The notes under the pieces: generated by a model
What the model was told of the DNA's origin: nothing
The model's database searches: none
Seen by the model: the letters and a program-made list of their open reading frames with translations, nothing else
Shown: positions 58,607-64,000 of the stretch, piece by piece
Layout: every line of letters starts with the position of its first letter
How positions within the stretch are numbered: the first letter of the stretch is position 1
Program-made: the position numbers and the translations under genes
Source of the DNA: a virus
Virus record (IMG/VR): IMGVR_UViG_3300005573_000064
Location: 53,565-117,564 of that record
Reading direction: 5' to 3' (one strand)
Length of the DNA: 64,000 bases

Positions 58607-59077
58607 TGTAGCACGGACCGAGTATGTCATGCATATTTACTAAGAGTAATGGCATACACCGGAGGGATGGCCGGGCATAGGGGTAAACAGCCGAAGCGCG
58701 TTCCCGGGAAGCCATTCCCCGCGCGCGATTACTCAAGTAATTAGGGGTGCCAAGCTCAGCAATAAACGGGGTGCATTACTTAAGTAATGTGCAACCAAGC
58801 TCAGCCGTAAGTGGATGCATTCGCGCGCGATTTTCTAAGCGGAAAACGGGCTCGGCTGGACGCGCCTAGGCCCGACAAAGACGCGGCTTATTTTGGCCTA
58901 TTGCGGCCCGTACTCCCCGGTGTAGGTTTGCTCTTCCCGTAGGGAAGAACAAACCGTTATCCCTAGTAATGTGTAACCAAGCTCATCAATAAGCGAGGCA
59001 AACCTCACGGGGACATGCCTGAAGGTATGCCCCCCGGCCTCACTCCCCCGGTGATAAAAAATATTTTTTTCACGGGC

Positions 59078-59106
59078 TTGCACATCCATGAAAAGTATGC
59101 TATAAT
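59078..59106 (+). promoter_or_regulatory. Sigma70-type promoter
   Basis: TTGCAC-17 bp-TATAAT with extended TG and an AT-rich UP-like region; flanked by a GCTTGCAC/GTGCAAGC inverted repeat. Confidence 0.8.
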
Positions 59107-59111
59107 GTATG

Positions 59112-59310
59112 TGCAAGCTGAAAAATGCTTGCGGCCGATAAGCCCGATCCGATCAGATGGTTAGATGCCGAGGCCCACTAACGGAATTCTGGTTGCGTAG
59201 GACTTAGCCCGACATGAAAAACGGGCTGAACGAATGCGGCCTACCACCCGTTAGAGGGGGACACGCTTGGCATGGTGGTGAGGACAGGATCCTTAGGGGG
59301 GGATTATGCC
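59112..59310 (+). ncRNA. Putative rod-shaped structured RNA (~200 nt)
   Basis: Nested pairings GATCC/GGATC, ATGCCGAG/CTTGGCAT, CTAACGG/CCGTTAG, GTAGG/CCTAC, AGCCCG/CGGGCT. Confidence 0.55.
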
Positions 59311-59560
59311 CAAACTGCGTCCGAAGCAGGGGGATAGCGAAGTTAAACGCTACGCGATCTACGCTCAGCCTTCGGCTTCGCGTCAATCTCAGCCTTCGGC
59401 TTCGATTGATTAATAAATAATAAATTAAAATAAAATAAAAGGTTTAAGTACGTGGGCGTCACGTACTTAAAGAAACGGGGTTGGCACGGGACCCCGCTAG
59501 ACAGGGAGGCTTGAAACATAGCCTCCCTTTCGCATATGTGACATCATGAAAGGACAGAAA

Positions 59561-59980
59561 ATGGAGAACGATAACGGGAAGGATTGCGCCATGTTATGGG
59601 TTGACGGGGCGTGTTCCGGCAACCCCGGGCCCGGAGGATGGGCCGCGCTTGCAATCATTGGCGGAAGAGAGGTGACCGCAAAGGGAAGCGCGCCAGAGAC
59701 AACCAATAATAGAATGGAGCTTATGGCGCTGCTTCAAGGCCTTAAACTGGTTCCCAAAGAGTTGCCGGTGGTGGTGAAAACGGACAGTGCGTATATCATC
59801 ACCTGCACAAGGCACTGCAAGGAGCCGGACTGGATTGCAGCCCACAAGAACCCCGGGCTAGTATTGAAAATAGCCAGAGAGCTTGAGGGAAGAAAGGTTC
59901 GGATTGAAAAGGTGAAGGCTCATAACGGAGTCCTCATGAACGAGACCGTTGACAGAATGGCCCGTTCCATGATTAGATAG
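59561..59980 (+). CDS. rnhA: Ribonuclease HI
   Basis: VDGACSGNPGPGGW, TTNNRMEL, TDSAY, KVKAH, NETVDRMA. Confidence 0.95.
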   Translation: MENDNGKDCAMLWVDGACSGNPGPGGWAALAIIGGREVTAKGSAPETTNNRMELMALLQGLKLVPKELPVVVKTDSAYIITCTRHCKEPDWIAAHKNPGLVLKIARELEGRKVRIEKVKAHNGVLMNETVDRMARSMIR

Positions 59981-59994
59981 TAACGGAGGCCGAT

Positions 59995-60357
59995 ATGGAC
60001 GATGAATTGAACATATCCGTATTTGAAATAACGGGCGATTCGCATTGCGTGACTTCAAGTGCCGGCCAAAAGGTTTACGACCGACTGGCGCTCGCCCTGA
60101 GAAACAAGCGAAACGTCACGCTCTCATTCTGCAATGTAACCGTACTCACCCCGGTGTTTCTTAATACGGCAATCGGCCAGTTGTACGGGAAATTCGACAG
60201 AGAGCAAATACGTTCAATGCTCAAGGTCCGGGACTTTCCACCCGATGACCTTGCGCTACTGAAGCGCGTGGTTGACAACGCTACGCAATATTTCAGCGGT
60301 CTGCGTAAATTTCCACGGACCGAGGGTGAGGATTCGAAGCGCGAGACTTCAAACTAA
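59995..60357 (+). CDS. STAS-like (DUF4325) protein
   Basis: GQKVYD..VTLSF.NV..LTPVFLNTAIGQLYG. Confidence 0.8.
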   Translation: MDDELNISVFEITGDSHCVTSSAGQKVYDRLALALRNKRNVTLSFCNVTVLTPVFLNTAIGQLYGKFDREQIRSMLKVRDFPPDDLALLKRVVDNATQYFSGLRKFPRTEGEDSKRETSN

Positions 60358-60364
60358 TTTGCAA

Positions 60365-60394
60365 TTGACATCGAACGGAATGTCAGGGTATAAT
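60365..60394 (+). promoter_or_regulatory. Sigma70-type promoter
   Basis: TTGACA-18 bp-TATAAT; contains a TGACA/TGTCA inverted repeat. Confidence 0.75.
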
Positions 60395-60426
60395 CAAGGC
60401 AATAAAGGCTTTCGGAGGAGAATCGC

Positions 60427-61020
60427 ATGGAACCTAACGAAACTATCGAGGATTTAAAGGATCAGTATCGTTCCATACTGGCCAGCGAGGTTGACAATAA
60501 CTGGGTGCGCGGTGACATCGCCACCATTGTGACTTCGCTGCACGATGCGGAGATCGAGAAGAATGGAAAGTCGGGCATTATTGACGACTTTCTGGAGTCA
60601 ACCGGGGAGAGTCGCAGCGCGTTCTCCCAGTATCGGTGGGTTGCCGGAATATTCAATGACGACAGCCTGCGAGCCCTTCCCGTAACCTGGACCCACTACC
60701 GCGTTTGCGCTGGTTTGGAGGACAGGGACGAGGCCATCAAGTGGCTTATTAAATCCAGCGATGAGGGGTGGAGTTGCTCAAGACTTATCGAGGAGCTCAA
60801 AGGCGCCAAGCTGAACAAGGCCATCGATGAAGGCCTAAGGTGTTCCCAATGCGACAAGTCGGTGACCAAGGAGATATCCGTTTCGCTATCAATCAATCGC
60901 AAGGGCAGGAGACCCGAGAAGAGAACATTCTGTTCGATTAACTGCGCCTGGCTTCACCTTTCGGAACTCCATCAGGAGGAGCTGGCCGCCAACTCCTCGG
61001 TGGAGATATTTGCAACATAA
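60427..61020 (+). CDS. Putative DNA-binding protein: DUF1016/YhcG-N-like helical domain plus C-terminal Zn finger
   Basis: VTWTHYR..WL...EGWSCSRL; CSQC...FCSINC. Confidence 0.55.
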   Translation: MEPNETIEDLKDQYRSILASEVDNNWVRGDIATIVTSLHDAEIEKNGKSGIIDDFLESTGESRSAFSQYRWVAGIFNDDSLRALPVTWTHYRVCAGLEDRDEAIKWLIKSSDEGWSCSRLIEELKGAKLNKAIDEGLRCSQCDKSVTKEISVSLSINRKGRRPEKRTFCSINCAWLHLSELHQEELAANSSVEIFAT

Positions 61021-61093
61021 CGTAAGTAAATAGCATGTAACATAACCACGGCCGAGGCTAACCACCCTCGGCTTTTTGGACGGAGGATTTTAT

Positions 61094-61312
61094 ATGAAAA
61101 ACGAAGCCGAGTTGGAAAAGGTTTACGCCACAACTCAAAGGTTGTGCAAGACCAGGAAGATGGACTACATAGGCATCCAACTTATGAATGGAACCCCTAT
61201 GTTTTACACCTCGGACATTGCAAGGAAGGAGGTGGGAGACCTGGTGAAGGTCCCCAAGGACACTCCCTGGTCCGAAGTGCTTGAGCATCTTAACAATAGC
61301 ACCCTCGAGTAA
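61094..61312 (+). CDS. Hypothetical protein (72 aa)
   Basis: GGAGG RBS before MKNEAE; follows a terminator at ~61052-61077. Confidence 0.65.
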   Translation: MKNEAELEKVYATTQRLCKTRKMDYIGIQLMNGTPMFYTSDIARKEVGDLVKVPKDTPWSEVLEHLNNSTLE

Positions 61313-61449
61313 ATGGGAAGTAATGGTTGGAGGCGGTAAGGTTAACAAGTATTTGTTCTAAAAGGGGATAGCTTTGGCTACCCCTGTTTTTTATAGTTAG
61401 CAAAAATAAAGATCCGCTTATGAGAAAAATTAGGAAAGGAGTGCGAGAA

Positions 61450-61563
61450 ATGACACTTGATACGGTTCTTATGGCTATCACCCTGGGTGTTATGCTTTTT
61501 GAATTTATCATCAGCATGATAACGGTGATGCAGGCCGCAAAGTCGGAAGCTCAGGAGGCGTAG
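61450..61563 (+). CDS. 37-aa membrane peptide
   Basis: AAAGGAG RBS; MTLDTVLMAITLGVMLFEFIISMITV. Confidence 0.5.
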   Translation: MTLDTVLMAITLGVMLFEFIISMITVMQAAKSEAQEA

Positions 61564-61577
61564 AAGTACGCGATTAG

Positions 61578-62126
61578 GTGAAACTAAAATACAAGGAAAG
61601 GAGGGGCATCAATCCGTCACCCTTCGGGGAGTCGGATTCCAGCCGAAAAGTTATGAGAGGACACTCCATAAAGTCCATAGGCTTATGGGACTACGAGGAG
61701 GTCAGGGAGAAGCTTCTGAGAGGCGACTTGGAATTTGTGTCCGGAGGGGTGAGTTACGGAATAAGACCGGACCTTATGAAGAGGTACGCTGTTTTTCTCA
61801 AGGACCCCTATTGCAAAGGATGCGGGTTAAGGATAAACTACGCTATCCTGCATATCGATATGGACAATCCGAACGATAAGTATAGAGAGGCGTACCTGAG
61901 ATTTTACGGATACAACGGACGGCTTATGACGGTGGATCATATAATTCCGAAATCCCAAGGCGGAACGAACGATCCCGATAATCTCCAGACCATGTGCGTT
62001 AAATGCAACATGTGGAAGAAAGACGACTTGTCCTGGAGATACTATATGAGCATAAAGGTTAGGAACTGGAGGCTCAAACATCCGGAATGGTACGCGACTG
62101 AAGTAGTGGAGGGGTTGGCTAAATGA
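61578..62126 (+). CDS. HNH endonuclease
   Basis: CKGCG..MTVDHIIPKSQGGTNDPDNLQTMCVKCN. Confidence 0.92.
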   Translation: MKLKYKERRGINPSPFGESDSSRKVMRGHSIKSIGLWDYEEVREKLLRGDLEFVSGGVSYGIRPDLMKRYAVFLKDPYCKGCGLRINYAILHIDMDNPNDKYREAYLRFYGYNGRLMTVDHIIPKSQGGTNDPDNLQTMCVKCNMWKKDDLSWRYYMSIKVRNWRLKHPEWYATEVVEGLAK

Positions 62127-63112
62127 ATGCTTACGAAGTATTGGGAGTGAGCCCGACCGCCACCGAGGAGGAGGTGCGCAGGGCTTACCGTGACAAGGCC
62201 AGGGACCTTCATCCCGATCAGGGTGGAGACGAGGAGCGAATGAAGGAGCTTAACGTAGCTCGTGACATCCTGGTCGACCCCGAGAAGAGGATGAAACACG
62301 ATATCGAGAACGGCCTTGCGTCCAATCCAAATCCCTTTCCCGTCTTCGAGGTTCCCTTCGGGGATGCGTTCTTCGGCCCCGGAGGGTTCTTCAGCATCGA
62401 CATAGGGAACATCATGAATACGATGTTCAACAGGGGTCAACCGGAAAAGTCGATTGACATAACGACAAGGGTGACCGTTCCCCTGGATGTCATGCTAAAG
62501 GGCGGGGAGACCGAGGTCCGGTATCAGCGAGCGGGAAAGTGTGAGAAGTGCAACGGGACCGGGTCGAAGGATGGGGTCATTGTTTCATGCGGTAATTGCA
62601 ACGGAACCGGCATCGTGACTATAACGGAGGGGGTTTCCGGAGGAAGAATGACCTACATGCGACCCTGTTCGGTTTGCAACGGGACTGGAAAAGCCCCGTC
62701 CGAACCATGCTCCGAGTGTAATGGAAAGGGAACCGTTCCCGAATCGAGGACGGTGTCGGTAAGGTTTCCCGCCAGGAGCGAGGATGTCTTCGGATACCGG
62801 ATAGATGATGGGGGCGACTGGTCCCCGCGATTACTCAAGTATGGGAACCTGCACGTTGGCTTCGATGTTCTCCCGGTGGACGGCTTTTCACTGACGGGAC
62901 TGTCAGTGAGGGACGTGATTATCGAGGGAACAGTCATGGTAAGGCTTGGCGATATAGTCGATGGAAAGGCGAAGGTTGATTTGCCAGCGGGCGAGGCGAC
63001 CATAACCGTCATTGACAAGGACCAATCTTTGAAAAATACGATTGATGTCAATGTCGGAGGATGGGAGCACAGGCTGAATGTGAAGTATGTCATGGATGAC
63101 AAACGGTCCTGA
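62123..63112 (+). CDS. dnaJ: DnaJ-like co-chaperone
   Basis: J domain with HPD and four CxxCxGxG repeats. Confidence 0.92.
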   Translation: MNAYEVLGVSPTATEEEVRRAYRDKARDLHPDQGGDEERMKELNVARDILVDPEKRMKHDIENGLASNPNPFPVFEVPFGDAFFGPGGFFSIDIGNIMNTMFNRGQPEKSIDITTRVTVPLDVMLKGGETEVRYQRAGKCEKCNGTGSKDGVIVSCGNCNGTGIVTITEGVSGGRMTYMRPCSVCNGTGKAPSEPCSECNGKGTVPESRTVSVRFPARSEDVFGYRIDDGGDWSPRLLKYGNLHVGFDVLPVDGFSLTGLSVRDVIIEGTVMVRLGDIVDGKAKVDLPAGEATITVIDKDQSLKNTIDVNVGGWEHRLNVKYVMDDKRS

Positions 63113-63182
63113 CGCCTGTTTGCGATAACCAAATTTTTATTAATCAGAGAGGAGTGAGCTGTAATGAGCAAGGAGGAGTGAC

Positions 63183-63587
63183 ATGGAGTGGAATGAAATA
63201 TCAAAAACATATGATAAAATAACATACCATAGCCTCGAAGGGTGGTGTTCCCCGGTGATTGTTGTTACCGAGGAGAATAGTCTGACTAAGTCAACAACCG
63301 TCCTTCTAGTTTGTGAGTATATGACCGTTTATTATCTTAACGGAAATGTTCAATTTTACACGAGCCATAAGAGTCCGAAGCTGAACGACCTTCTGGATCT
63401 TGACGCGGCTATGGTCAAGAGGTTCGATGTGCAACTGCCGGAGTCCGTGTTTGACCCGTACGGAGCCGAGGACTGGTACGAAATAGAGCGGAACATGGAT
63501 ATGGAAGTTCCGCCCGATTTCGATGAGAAAATGAATAGTATTCTTGAGAAATTCCTTAAGGAGAAGGGGGATGGGGAGGAAATATGA
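63183..63587 (+). CDS. Hypothetical protein
   Basis: GGAGGAG RBS. Confidence 0.7.
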   Translation: MEWNEISKTYDKITYHSLEGWCSPVIVVTEENSLTKSTTVLLVCEYMTVYYLNGNVQFYTSHKSPKLNDLLDLDAAMVKRFDVQLPESVFDPYGAEDWYEIERNMDMEVPPDFDEKMNSILEKFLKEKGDGEEI

Positions 63588-63900
63588 ATTTCAACATATA
63601 TCATTTGATGTCCAGGTGGCGAATGATGCGCGCGATAGTCAAGGGCAGACCCCTTCAGTACATGTATCATCGCCAGGTTATGCTGACTTTCATGGGCATG
63701 GCCAGAAAGTTTATGAGGATGACAGGGAGGTTCATACGGTGAAGGAAATGAAAAGTCAGGATGATACCATCGTTGTAAAAAGAAGAGTGTTTGAGCTGAT
63801 GAGTCTGGTGCTTGACGCGGTTGGATGGTTCTGCAGGGAGCCCGGACCGGACTCGATCAGATATCTCAGGGAATGCTACGAAAGGTACGAAAATGAATGA
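63571..63900 (+). CDS. Hypothetical protein
   Basis: AAGGAG RBS before MGRKYEF; overlaps both neighbours. Confidence 0.6.
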   Translation: MGRKYEFQHISFDVQVANDARDSQGQTPSVHVSSPGYADFHGHGQKVYEDDREVHTVKEMKSQDDTIVVKRRVFELMSLVLDAVGWFCREPGPDSIRYLRECYERYENE

Positions 63901-64000
63901 GGATACGAACAAGGACAAGGGAATTGAAAACAGTGACTATCCGAAGTGCGCCAAGTGCGGAAGTCACAACATAGGAACCAAAACGGTGCAAAGAATAGGG
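63893..64000 (+). CDS. Partial zinc-ribbon protein
   Basis: MNEDTN..PKCAKCGSHNI, open to the window end. Confidence 0.5.
   Translation, partial: MNEDTNKDKGIENSDYPKCAKCGSHNIGTKTVQRIG

Noticed and set aside
59214-59420. 68-aa ORF in the control region
   Set aside because: No clear RBS, and it runs through stems and repeats; more likely incidental.
61578-62126. HNH within a self-splicing intron
   Set aside because: The flanking genes are intact and no intron core was seen; treated as free-standing.

Overview
This window is part of a large tailed-phage (myovirus-like) genome with two divergent arms that meet at about 43.4-43.7 kb. The minus-strand arm (1-43.4 kb) is the morphogenesis module: terminase, portal, prohead protease/scaffold, major capsid, neck, two sheath-like and three tube-like genes, a chaperone and three giant proteins. 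Those giant proteins carry an SNase-like domain, a sigma-like plus DEDDh exonuclease region, and a zincin domain with a repeated peptide. VTC/CYTH, GT9-like and secreted beta-rich genes are inserted among the structural genes. The plus-strand arm is an early-type region. It holds an array of small gene cassettes, each preceded by a conserved hairpin + 7-pyrimidine + RTG element, an ADP-ribosyltransferase and an AcrIII-1 ring nuclease. Its most notable content is a very divergent, minimal two-barrel RNA polymerase split into beta'-like (GDCDGD) and beta-like (GxKx7KG) genes, followed by a tandem pair of covarying ~160-nt structured RNAs with a tRNA-elbow-like tip. A ~950-bp non-coding control region with a promoter, rod-shaped RNA, G7 run and AT-rich tract sits directly upstream of an RNase H gene and is a candidate RNA-primed origin. 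All protein assignments come from motif recognition by eye; no searches were run.
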